From positions 682,001 through 746,000 of the forward strand of contig OZ251248.1 in NCBI GenBank assembly GCA_965240325.2: a DNA stretch of 64,000 bases. Reading direction: 5' to 3'. The notes beneath the pieces are model-generated. The model saw only the letters and a list, made by a program, of their open reading frames with translations, ran no database searches and was not told the origin of the DNA. This DNA is from Rebecca billardiae RCC1528. Taxonomy: Eukaryota; Protista; Haptophyta. How positions within the stretch are numbered: the first letter of the stretch is position 1; every line of letters begins with the position of its first letter. Below are positions 1 to 9,788 of the stretch, piece by piece. The position numbers and the translations under genes were made by a program.

Positions 1-514
1 CACGACGACCAGAGCAAGAAGAATGCGCATCATGGCTGACCTGCGTGGGGCGGGAAGCGCGAGGGGCGTCGTGAGCGACCCGTGCAACGCGTCTCAGGCG
101 GATCGGGGCGTCTGTACGCCCCGGAGCCCTCGCCGTCGCCGCCGGGCTGGTAATTGGGATGCAGGCGGGCGCTCCTCACCTCGACGAGCGATGATGATTC
201 CTCCTAGCGTGGCTGGGGCGCACGGCCGCCACGAGGCTTTAATTCTAATTTTGACGGCACCCGGCGCCGCCGAGATGCCATGCTCCCCCGCCCGGACTCG
301 CCTTGATGCGTGCATCCGTCCTCCCGTCGGTACGAGTAACGGCCGAATCAGACGGGGTAATCAGGCCGGACCCGACGGAATTCCTTGCGGAAAAGATGAA
401 AGGACCGCCCATGTTCCACCGGTTCGTCACTATGTGGGTGTACACCTAACACAAGACTCTCAGCTCATCTTGGGGCAGTCGCTCCTCGGCCAGCTGGCAC
501 GCGTGGGGCCGCGC

Positions 515-2203
515 TCATGCGTCGCGCGCGCTCGCCCCACCGGAGCGCGCCCTCCCGAGCGTCGGCGCGCGCCGTCGCCGTCGGCGGACGAAGCCGACGG
601 TGAGGAGCAGCGCCGCGGCCACAGCCGTGCAGCCGAGCGCGGCGAGCGCCGCGCTCCACTCGGCCACGCCGAGATGCGCGCGGCGTGCAGGGGGCAGCGT
701 CGAGCCGCCACGATGCACGGCGGCCGACCAGCGCTCGGCGTGCTCCCCTCTCGCCAGCGGCCTCGGCCGCGTCGGCGGCGCGCGCGCCGCGGCGGGCTCG
801 CGCGACGCGGCCGACGCCGCTGGCGTCGTCTCGTCCGCACCCTCCGCTGCACCCTCCGCTGCACCCTCCGCTGCGGCCGTGCCATCCGCCGTGGCGGCGG
901 CCGCCGGCGTGGGCGACTGGCTGGCGGGGACGCGCGGGCTCGGCCGCGCGTGCGCGGCCGCGCGCAATGGCGCCCCTTGCCCCGCCGCCGCCGCCGCCGC
1001 CGCCGCGTCCGGCCGCGCGCCGCCGCGTCCGCGTCCGGCGCCTGCGCCCGTCTCGTCTGCGGGTGGCGTGCACAGCTTGCACGAGCGGCGGCACTCGGCG
1101 CTCATGAACGCCGGGTTGGCGTCGCACTCGCCCTTGCCGGCCCAGCCGGCGCACGCCGACGCGTCGTACCTGTCGACGCACGGCGCGGGCCTCACGCGCT
1201 GGTGCGCCGCGCAGCGCACCTCCAGCCCGCAGCTGCGCGCGTAGAAGGCGCACAGCGCGTCGTTGAGCGCCTCCACCGTCTCCGCGCACAGGGCCTCGAC
1301 GGCCGACGGCTGCGGCGGCGGCGGGATGAGCTGGCCGTCGCAGGAGAGCGGGCGGAGGCCGCCCATCGCGTACTTGGTGAAGTGGTACCGCGGCGCGGGC
1401 GGCTGCTCGATGTAGCAGTGCAGCCCGTAGTGGATGATGTACGGCTCGGTCCGGCCGCCCGCGTTGGGCGCGTCCGAGTACACGACAGCGCCGTCGGTCA
1501 GCACGTGGCCCACGCCCGCCTCCGCCGCGGCGAAGACGTAGCCGTACATCTCGGAGATCCAGGGCGCGGCGCCGCGGCCGACGTACGCGTCGCCCGTGGG
1601 GATGTCCGCCTGCAGCGCGCTCGGCGCGCTCGTGCCCGTCGCCCAGTACCGCTCGGGGTGCGAGCGCATCTCTCGGCAGAAGTGCAGCCAGCGCGGCGCG
1701 ATCGCGCGCGCATCGTCGACGTGGAAGAGGTGGTACCAGCCCGCGGCGCCCGAGCGGCGCGCGGCGTCCTTGCTGATGAACTGCTCGGGCAGGCCGTGCG
1801 AGATGCCCACGTCGAGGTACCCCACGTGCTCCGACACCACCGTCCCGCGCCTCGCGCCCATCTCCGCCGGGACCATCGGCTTCCTTAGCAACATGTCCGC
1901 GTCGATGTACAGGATGTACTCCTCGTCGATGCGGGTCGCGTTGAGCCAGTGCATCAGCGAGGCGGGCTTGTTGTACGTCGGGCTGAGGTCGTACCCGGGC
2001 ACCTCGCCCACGCCGTAGTTGGGGTGCACGAACGTCGGGCCGATCTCCAGCCCCTTGTACGCGCGCAGCTGCTGCTGGCTGCACGCGAGCAGCCGCGTGA
2101 CGCGCCCGTGCATGCCGCTCGCGTTGGCCGAGTGGAACACGCCGATGCTCTTCCAGTCGAAGGAGGGGGTGCACTCCGCGCAGAAGGCCAGGTGCACGGC
2201 CAT
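515..2203 (-). CDS. Peptidyl-serine alpha-galactosyltransferase (SERGT1)/HPAT-like glycosyltransferase with ShK domain and C-terminal TM helix
   Basis: Single ORF of 562 aa. It has family-like motifs FCAECTPSFDWKSIG, VTRLLACS, YNKPASL, the DxD motif IDADML and WISEMYGYVFAAA. A six-Cys ShKT module (CVDRYDASACAGWAGKGECDANPAFMSAECRRSCKLC) follows, then a hydrophobic C-terminal segment and RRRRRR. Confidence 0.8.
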   Translation of the reverse strand: MAVHLAFCAECTPSFDWKSIGVFHSANASGMHGRVTRLLACSQQQLRAYKGLEIGPTFVHPNYGVGEVPGYDLSPTYNKPASLMHWLNATRIDEEYILYIDADMLLRKPMVPAEMGARRGTVVSEHVGYLDVGISHGLPEQFISKDAARRSGAAGWYHLFHVDDARAIAPRWLHFCREMRSHPERYWATGTSAPSALQADIPTGDAYVGRGAAPWISEMYGYVFAAAEAGVGHVLTDGAVVYSDAPNAGGRTEPYIIHYGLHCYIEQPPAPRYHFTKYAMGGLRPLSCDGQLIPPPPQPSAVEALCAETVEALNDALCAFYARSCGLEVRCAAHQRVRPAPCVDRYDASACAGWAGKGECDANPAFMSAECRRSCKLCTPPADETGAGAGRGRGGARPDAAAAAAAAGQGAPLRAAAHARPSPRVPASQSPTPAAAATADGTAAAEGAAEGAAEGADETTPAASAASREPAAARAPPTRPRPLARGEHAERWSAAVHRGGSTLPPARRAHLGVAEWSAALAALGCTAVAAALLLTVGFVRRRRRRAPTLGRARSGGASARDA

Positions 2204-2519
2204 GCTCGCGCGCGCGCGGCCGCCGGGCGTCGCGCGATCGGCGCACGATGGCGGCAGAAAAAGTCCGGTGAGTCAAGCGCACGCCCGCTGAGGCACGTCG
2301 CCGTCGCTGTGACGCTTGAGCCTCTCGGTGCGCGAGGCGCGCGTCCATCGCGCTGGCGCTGCGCAGCGGGCGCTGAGGGCTGTGCGCGCCGCGCGGCCCC
2401 GCCCGCGACCGCGCAGACCACTTGTAATCGGTGGCGAAGGGCATTAGCGCCGCACCACCGCCTGCCTCGCGCACTCTCCACCCGCCCCGCCCGCCTTGTC
2501 CCTCGGCCTGCCTTGCAAG

Positions 2520-3566
2520 ATGGCGTCTGTCACCTACGTGTCGGAGGAGCAGAAGAAGCGTGACTTCCAGATGATGCTTGCGTGCTCGACGCACCTGGGC
2601 ACGAAGAACCTCGACTGGCAGATGACGCGGTACGTGTGGAAGCGCAAGCCCGACGGCATCCACATCATCAACCTCGGCAAGACGTACGAGAAGCTGATGC
2701 TGGCGGCGCGCATCCTCGTCGCGATCGAGAACCCGGCGGACGTGTGCGTGATCTCGGCGCGGCCGTACGGGCAGCGCTCGATCCTCAAGTACGCCCAGTA
2801 CACCGGCGCCACGCCCATCGCGGGGCGGTACACCCCCGGCATGTTCACCAACCAGATCACCAAGAAGTTCATGGAGCCGCGCATCCTGCTCATCACTGAC
2901 CCGCGCACCGACCACCAGCCCATCGCCGAGGTGCGCGCCGCGCGCGCGCGCCCGCGGCGGAGGCGGTGGCGCTGGCGCTGGCGGCCCGCAGCGCGCTCAC
3001 GCCCTCGCCCCCGCGCCGCCCGCGCCGCCCCCGCGCAGGCCGCGTACATGAACATCCCGGTGATTGCCTTCTGCGACACGGACTCGCCGCTCAAGCACGT
3101 CGACGTGGCCATCCCGGCCAACAACAAGGGCAAGCAGAGCATCGGGCTGATGTACTGGATGCTGGCGCGCGAGGTGCTCCGGCTGCGCTCGACGATCACG
3201 CGCTCGCAGGAGTGGGACGTGATGGTCGACCTCTTCTTCTACCGCGACCCCGAGGAGGTCGAGCGCGAGGAGAAGGAGGCGGCCGCGCTGCGCGAGCAGC
3301 AGGCGGCCGAGGTCGCGGCGCCGCTGCAGCAGTGGGACGAGGGCGCGATGCCCGCGGCGATGCCCGCGGTGGGCGCGGAGCAGTGGGTGGACACCGCGCC
3401 GGCGCAGCCCGTCGCGGACAACTGGAACGCCCCGGCGCCCACGCTCCCGGTCGTCGACGCGGCGGACTCGTGGGACGCGCCGACCGCGCCCGCGCTGCAG
3501 CAGCCGGCGCCGGGCGGCTGGGACGCGCCCGCGCCCATGCCCAACCCGCAGGCCGGTGGGTGGTAA
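2520..3566 (+). CDS. RPSA: 40S ribosomal protein SA (uS2)
   Basis: Motifs [49 protein letters not shown] and [10 protein letters not shown], with an acidic DW-repeat tail. Exons 2520-2930 and 3039-3566 flank a GT-AG intron at 2931-3038; the spliced product is 312 aa. Confidence 0.97.
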   Translation: MASVTYVSEEQKKRDFQMMLACSTHLGTKNLDWQMTRYVWKRKPDGIHIINLGKTYEKLMLAARILVAIENPADVCVISARPYGQRSILKYAQYTGATPIAGRYTPGMFTNQITKKFMEPRILLITDPRTDHQPIAEVRAARARPRRRRWRWRWRPAARSRPRPRAARAAPAQAAYMNIPVIAFCDTDSPLKHVDVAIPANNKGKQSIGLMYWMLAREVLRLRSTITRSQEWDVMVDLFFYRDPEEVEREEKEAAALREQQAAEVAAPLQQWDEGAMPAAMPAVGAEQWVDTAPAQPVADNWNAPAPTLPVVDAADSWDAPTAPALQQPAPGGWDAPAPMPNPQAGGW

Positions 3567-4094
3567 GCCGACGAGCGCGGTGGCGCCGGCGCGCGCGCGG
3601 CCGCCGGCGTGCGCCGGGTGGCTGTGCCATCCGCGTGCCGCCCGCCCGTGCCGGGCCAGACCCGGGGCACCTGGCCCGCGGCGCTGCGGCAGCCGTGCAC
3701 GCACGAGCTGCGCGCATGGCGCTTTGCCTGTGGCCTCGCCGGTGCCTCCGGGCGGCTGGTGTCACGCAGCGCCGGTGGCCTCCGCATAGGCGGCGTGCCT
3801 TTGCGTGGGGCCGGTCGCTGCTCGGCACCTCGTCCGAGCACATCCATCTGCGATGTCGCCGTTCACGATCGCGGACGACGCCGATGGCGCTGTCCGCGAC
3901 GCGGACGGCCCGAGTCACTCGTCAGCCGCCAGTCGCGATACTGTTGGTGCACGAGTTAAATCATAGTGAACTGTACTCGACAACAGTGGCAATGGTGTCG
4001 GCAGTGTTGCAGGGTCACGCGCATTCAAGTCGTCCGTCTAGACAGCTCAGCGCTGACTGAGTCACTGAGTGCCTGGGCTGACGGCCTGAATATA

Positions 4095-4988
4095 GGCCTG
4101 TTTTATTTCTACCAGATTCCATTTACTATGTCACGGCGACAAACCCGTGCCCGCCAGTGGGAATCGGTGTCACGCCCCGTTCAGTGTACCTCTCACGGCC
4201 GATGGCGGCCCCCACGTGCGCGAGGAACGCGATTCGTGGTGACCGGTGAGTGCACGAATCCAGTTGCGGCGCTCGTCCGCCTCGTCGTCGTCGCACACGA
4301 GGTACACTGAAGAGCACGGGTCAGAAGCCAGATCTCTCTGCGCGCTCGCGCCTGCGTGGTGAGGCACTGGCAGGCTTGTTCTCATCATCTTGGCCAAGAC
4401 TGCAGCCTGAAAGATGCGCGAGGACGCGTGTGCACGCCTTTCCGCGCGCCATGGGTGCGCGCGGCACGCACCTTGTCGTCATCTACGCCGAGGAGGCCTG
4501 AACAACCGGCCCACCAACCTGCCGTGACCATGTTCAAATGCAGGCCGCAAGCTGCATGCGAGCGCACGCAACGGAAACATCTCACGCTCGACAAGGAAGT
4601 GGTGGCGGAGCGAGTAGAGCTGGTATCGTTTGCAGTCCATCTGTCGTTCAACAATCCTGGTTCACCAACTGACACGGGCGCGACGCAGCCAAGGCAGAGT
4701 GCTTGCAGCTTGCAGCGCGCCCGCAACCGCGGTTTGCCGCCGCGGCGCGGCGATCGTCACACTGCCGTGTGCTGCAAGTGACCTCTGTGTCATGGCGAAG
4801 CACCATGGCAAGGCTTAGCAGCAAGCCTTGACATGATCTTTCGCTACAGCTCAGCGCCCTAGTACGAACATGCGCCAACGACGTGCCATCACTACTCCGC
4901 AATCGCACCCACCACAAGCGGGCAAGCCGCCATTGTACCGCGTTTTGGCGGATGTCGCCGTTGGGCTCTCGTAGAAATAAAACAGGCC
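4095..4988. mobile_element. Non-autonomous TIR DNA transposon (MITE-like), copy 1
   Basis: 18-bp TIRs GGCCTGTTTTATTTCTAC...GTAGAAATAAAACAGGCC, flanked by a 4-bp direct repeat TATA (4091-4094, 4989-4992). A homologous copy lies at 23010-23923. Confidence 0.9.
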
Positions 4989-6049
4989 TATAAATCAGTA
5001 TATAAGTTATAACTATATGGCAGTCGATAAGTGCCATGCGCCTGCGCTGCTGTGTCTCGGTGATGCGGCGCCACGGGATCACGGGCACTGGCCCCGTTGG
5101 CCGGGCCCCGCGGCCCCGCGGGGCGGGTGCGATCAGGATGCTGAGGATGCGCCGGCAGTCGTAGCCGTAGTGACGCCGAAGCAGCATCAGGCTCAGCACC
5201 AGTCGGAATTTACCGGCGGACGACTTACGTCTTATTACTATTCAATAAGTGACTTTAGTCTTTACCGTATAACCGCGGGTCGTACTCGCCGCATAGACGC
5301 GTAGTAACGTATACGCAGTAGGTAGGTCCTACAGCTACTGACGCCAACTCGTAGACGACGTATCCCGCGGGCGCCGGGGGCCGGGGGGGCGGGCGGACGC
5401 GGGACGGCGGTAACCGGGCCAGTACTGTAGCGCGCATCAATCCATCATGCTGATATCAGTATACGACGTCGGATCGGACAGACCGCGTGCTAGGACTGAG
5501 ACGACGACACCGTCATCATCAGCAGCAAATTCAATCGACATCAATGCTCGCGACTTCCAGGAGGCAGGACGTCACCGGTCACGACCGTCATCATTACGTA
5601 GTCGCCAGTCACGAGACACGCCCGTGTCGACTACTACTGCTGACTCATTGAGTCATATATGAGTCAGACTCATCAGCCCCCGCTGCTGACTGCAACTTAG
5701 TAAGTGCAACTGCGGGCTGACGGGTTCCGGACGCGGATCGGGCGGTCAACGTACATCAGCGGCAACACTAACAGGCGGAGCAGGCGACGCACTGACGCCG
5801 CGGTGCCTCAATCGCCGCGGCCGCCGCGCTGGCACTGGCAGGGCTCCGGTCCCGCGACTCCGTGGCGCGCAGCGGCGTGCGACTGGCGCCTTCGAGTTCG
5901 TCGTCGACACCGCCGCCAGCTCATGCCTCGTCGCTCTGCTTTGAGAATTGAGGCGCGCGCACGCAATCGTCATCGACCGTGTCCGCGCCATTGTCAACTC
6001 CCTCTCTCGCCAGGCTGGACGGCTCGCGAGGGTCGTACGCCGTGCTGAG

Positions 6050-8244
6050 CTAAACATTGGATGCTCGGCTACCGGCCTTCTTCATGCTGCCGCTGCTCTC
6101 CACCTCGATTCTGCTGTGCGTGCCCTCGTGCAGCTCGTTCATGCCCTTGACGAGGCTCGCCGCGTTGGCGGCGGCCGCTTCCCTCATCTTGACGACCGCG
6201 GGGTAGTAGAACTTCTCCTGCCCGGGCATGATGGCGGGCAGCGAGCACAGCTCGTCCACCTCGACGCCGTGGTCTGTGAGCATCTTGTGCTCCAGCGTCA
6301 TGGTCTTCTCCTCAAGCCATCGCTCGATGCGGTCCTCGCCGCCGTTCTGCGCGCGGGCCGCAGCGCGCGTGGCGGGCGGCGCGAGTGAGGCGAAGCGGCT
6401 CCCGCGCCGCCCGCGCCGCCCGCGGCGCGAGCAGCAGCGCGCGCGTACACTCCACGCCTCCTGGTTCATCTTACAGCACTCGACTGCGGTGCCCCCCGTG
6501 TCCGACTTTGCGAACGCCTGCCATGCCTCGTAGAGCGGCGTGACGATGATTTTGATGAAGCCGCCCTGGCACTTGCTGATCTGCGTCGTCTCGCGGTCCA
6601 TGAAGGGCGAGACGTTGTTGCCGACCTCCTTCTCCTTGTCGCCCTGCGCGTGCGCGCGCGTGCGCGTGTGTGTGCGCGTGGAGGGCGCGGCGGGGCGCGC
6701 TCAGCGCACGGCACGCGCGCAGCCGCGCACGCGCGCTGGCGCGCTCAGGGCCGGTGCGCCGCGCCATGCGCCGGCCGGCTCGCCACGTCGCGGTGCGCGC
6801 CAGCCAGCCACGGTGCGCGCGTGCGCTGTGCGCGTGCGCTGTGCGCGTGCCTGCATGAAGAACTCGTTCATCACGCGCACCGCCCACGGGATGCACAGGT
6901 CGGCGCCCTTCGCGGGGTTGGAGACGTCGGAGCAGTGCAGCGCCATCTTGAGGATCATCTTGGTGTTCTCCACGCTCTGCGTCTCGAAGCCGTTGCTGCT
7001 CGTCTTCGTCATGAAGCGCGCGAGCTCGTCGAAGTGGCCCGACATGTCGGTGCCGAGCACCATCGTGATGAGCAGGTCGCGCACCTTGCTGAACTCGTCC
7101 GGCTGCAGCCCCTTGAAGAGGTCGTGCTCGGGGCTGGTGAGCACGGCCCACGCGCGCGAGATGTGCATGTTCTCGAGCACCGCGGCGTCGTTGTACAGCA
7201 TCGCCACCTCGAGCTTGTTCTTCACGTGGAAGAGGTTGTTCAGCCCGGGGTGGCCGTAGTCTGCGAGCGCGCGCGCGGGAGCGAGCGCGGGCGCGGGCGA
7301 GCGCGCGCGCGGGGAGCGGGGCGTCAGCGCGTCAGCGCGTCGCGCGCGAGCCGGCAGGCCAACCCCCCCCCGCCCTCTCCCCCACGGCGGCGGCGGCGAG
7401 CGCGCGACGCACCGTGGCACGCCGCCGCGAGGATCGCGGCGAACAGCTCGATCTCGTTCACGTGCTGCGACACGGCGTCGCCCAGCACGAGCGAGTAGAG
7501 CGTCTGCGTGACGTCGGCCGCGTGGATGCGGTTGTGGTACGGCACGGCCGCGTACCCCGCTTGGATCTTGCTCATCACCTTGGCGAGGTCGGTGGGCAGG
7601 ATGCGGAAGCGGTCGAACATGTTGTGCCGCTCGAAGATCGTGAGCACCAGCGGCACCAGCGGCATCCCGCCCGACACGTCGAACAGCTTGAACACGTCGA
7701 ACTCCCAGCCGTCCACGTGCGACAGCATCTCGTCGAGCTGCTTGCGCTGCGGCGCGCTCAGCGTGCGGATGCCGTACGTCTTCGCGCCGTGGACGTGGTC
7801 GTCGTCGTCGTGCTTGGCCTGCGCGGCGAGGCTGGTTCGCCTGGGCCCGGACTCGCGCGACGCCTCCGCCTCCTCCACCGCCTTCTCCTTGATGTGGTAC
7901 TGCGAGTTGAGCCACTCCGCGGTCTCGGAGTCGAGGTTCTCGCCCGTCAGCCCCGTGTTCACGACCGCGTGGTACAGCCGGTCAGAGCCGATCACGTCGA
8001 CGATCCACGCGAGGTTGCGCTTGTCGGACTGGTTGTCCAGCCGCGCCGCCAGCTCCTGGAGCAGCGAGAGCACCTTGTACACCGGCGCCTCCACCCCGCT
8101 CTCGAGCGACGCGTACTTGAGCTTGGTCAGCCCCTCGCGCGACTTGTTGAGCTTGTTCATGATGAGCAACACGCGGATGATGCGCCCCAGCCGCAGCACG
8201 CGCACGATCACGTTGGACGTGCCGTCCGACTGCGCGCGCGGCGG

Positions 8245-8275
<31 letters not shown>

Positions 8276-9131
8276 GGTGGGCACGCGCGCGGCCGGGCGT
8301 GAGCTCGAGCCGGCCCGGCCCGCGCGGGCGGCGCGGGCGCGCGGCGCCCGTCACCCATCCACCCACGCACGCACGGCCGCCGCCGCTGGCCCGCGCCTCC
8401 GCCTCTGAGACTCTGAGAGGGGTAGCCCCCCCCCCCCCTCGGTGCCGCCAGCCCACGGTGTGGCCCGCGCCGAGCGAGCCCGCGCGCACACACCCCGCAT
8501 CCCCCGCCCGCACACACCCCGCCCCCCCCGCCGCCCGCCCCTGCGCGTGCGCGTGCGTGCGCACAGTGAGCGAGAAGACGGTGAAGAAGAAGGACACCAC
8601 CACAATCGTCGTGTCAAACAGGTTCACAAAGTTGAACAGGTACTTGTGCCCGAAGGCGAAGACCTTGACGATGATCTCGACGAGGAAGAGGGAGAGAAAG
8701 ACCAGGTCCACGTACACGAGCACCACGTTCGAGAGGAACTCCTCGACCGTCTCCACCTCCGTGCAGTCGTCCGTCTCGAGGCTCAGCCCTGCGAAAATGA
8801 ACAGCGTGTACACGAGCACGAGCATGATGATGGTCATGTCGACCACGCGCGTCTCGAAGAGCTCAGCGGCGCCAACGCGCCTCCTCTCGAACCAGCTGAG
8901 CTCGCCGTACGGCCGCTTGCCGAACACTTTGGCTGTGGCCGTGTCGCGACGCGACGTCGCCGCCTGCTCGCGCTCCTCGGCCTCCACCGGGTCCTCCGCC
9001 GCGGCAGGCGCGCCGGTCACGAGCTCAGAGAACGTCCTGGACTTCTTCTTGATTCGATTCGGGGCACTCGACGAGTTCCGACCCAGCCCCAGGGTCGGCG
9101 TGTCCGACGGGTTCACCTTGGAGGTGACCAT
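6050..9131 (-). CDS. Class I 3',5'-cyclic nucleotide phosphodiesterase with N-terminal S1-S4 voltage-sensor domain
   Basis: Exons 9131-8565, 8229-7413, 7260-6851, 6643-6449 and 6346-6050 sum to 2286 nt (761 aa). PDE motifs: YHNRIHAADV, HDYGHPGLNN, LENMH, TDMSGHF, HCSDVSNP, EFFMQGDKEK, QGGFI. There are four N-terminal TM helices, including S4 VRVLRLGRIIRVLL. Intron 3 (6644-6850) is GC-AG. Confidence 0.92.
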
Positions 9132-9788
9132 CGCGCCCACCACCACACACTTCGGTTTCGCCGGCCGTGTGGTGATGAATCTCAACGCGCTGGAGTATTC
9201 CGGATAGTCGCGAGGCACTGCGCACCCGCACGAGTGCGGAGTACCCCTTCATGGAGGCTGGCCGGCACCTATGACGCGAATCGTGCCGTGTGAGTACAGA
9301 GTAGTCATTCCAGGTTTGAAAAGCGAGTCCATAAGAGCATCATTGCTTGCAAGATTGTATGATCATGTCAATTGTTGTACCAAATGATGTTCAAGCTCAC
9401 ACACCGTTCCGGAAGTCCTAATAGCAGAAAGACAAACGGTTTTGCAAGGTCGTCGTTCGATGCTCCCGGCAGTAGCGACCCACCGATCACAGTTGTGAGT
9501 TGACAGTACACAGTGACACTACACACGACTGGCGCGCGGCCGGGGTGCGTGCGACCGACGGCCGGTCCGCGTCGGCAGTGAGCGCCGGAGCATGGGCTGC
9601 TTGCTCAGCACTCGGGGGAAGCTGCGCTTGGCAGCCCGCCAGCCGACCGAGCCTGAGAGGTCACGATGGGGACGATGGGTGCGCCGGCAGCCACGCCAGC
9701 GATGTCGGCGTGCGGCCGGCGCCCCTCCGACTCGGAGTCGGGAGTCTGAGCAACGACGGCGCGCCGCGCGCTCCCGCGCCGCGCGCGC

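Noticed and set aside
4126-4818. Short ORFs inside the two MITE copies as a transposase
   Set aside because: Reading frames are not conserved between the copies and no DDE motif is visible.
8165-8860. Hv1 proton channel or truncated 6-TM ion channel
   Set aside because: It lacks the Hv1 S1 Asp and the S4 RxWRxxR Trp, has no pore loop, and continues in frame into the PDE domain.
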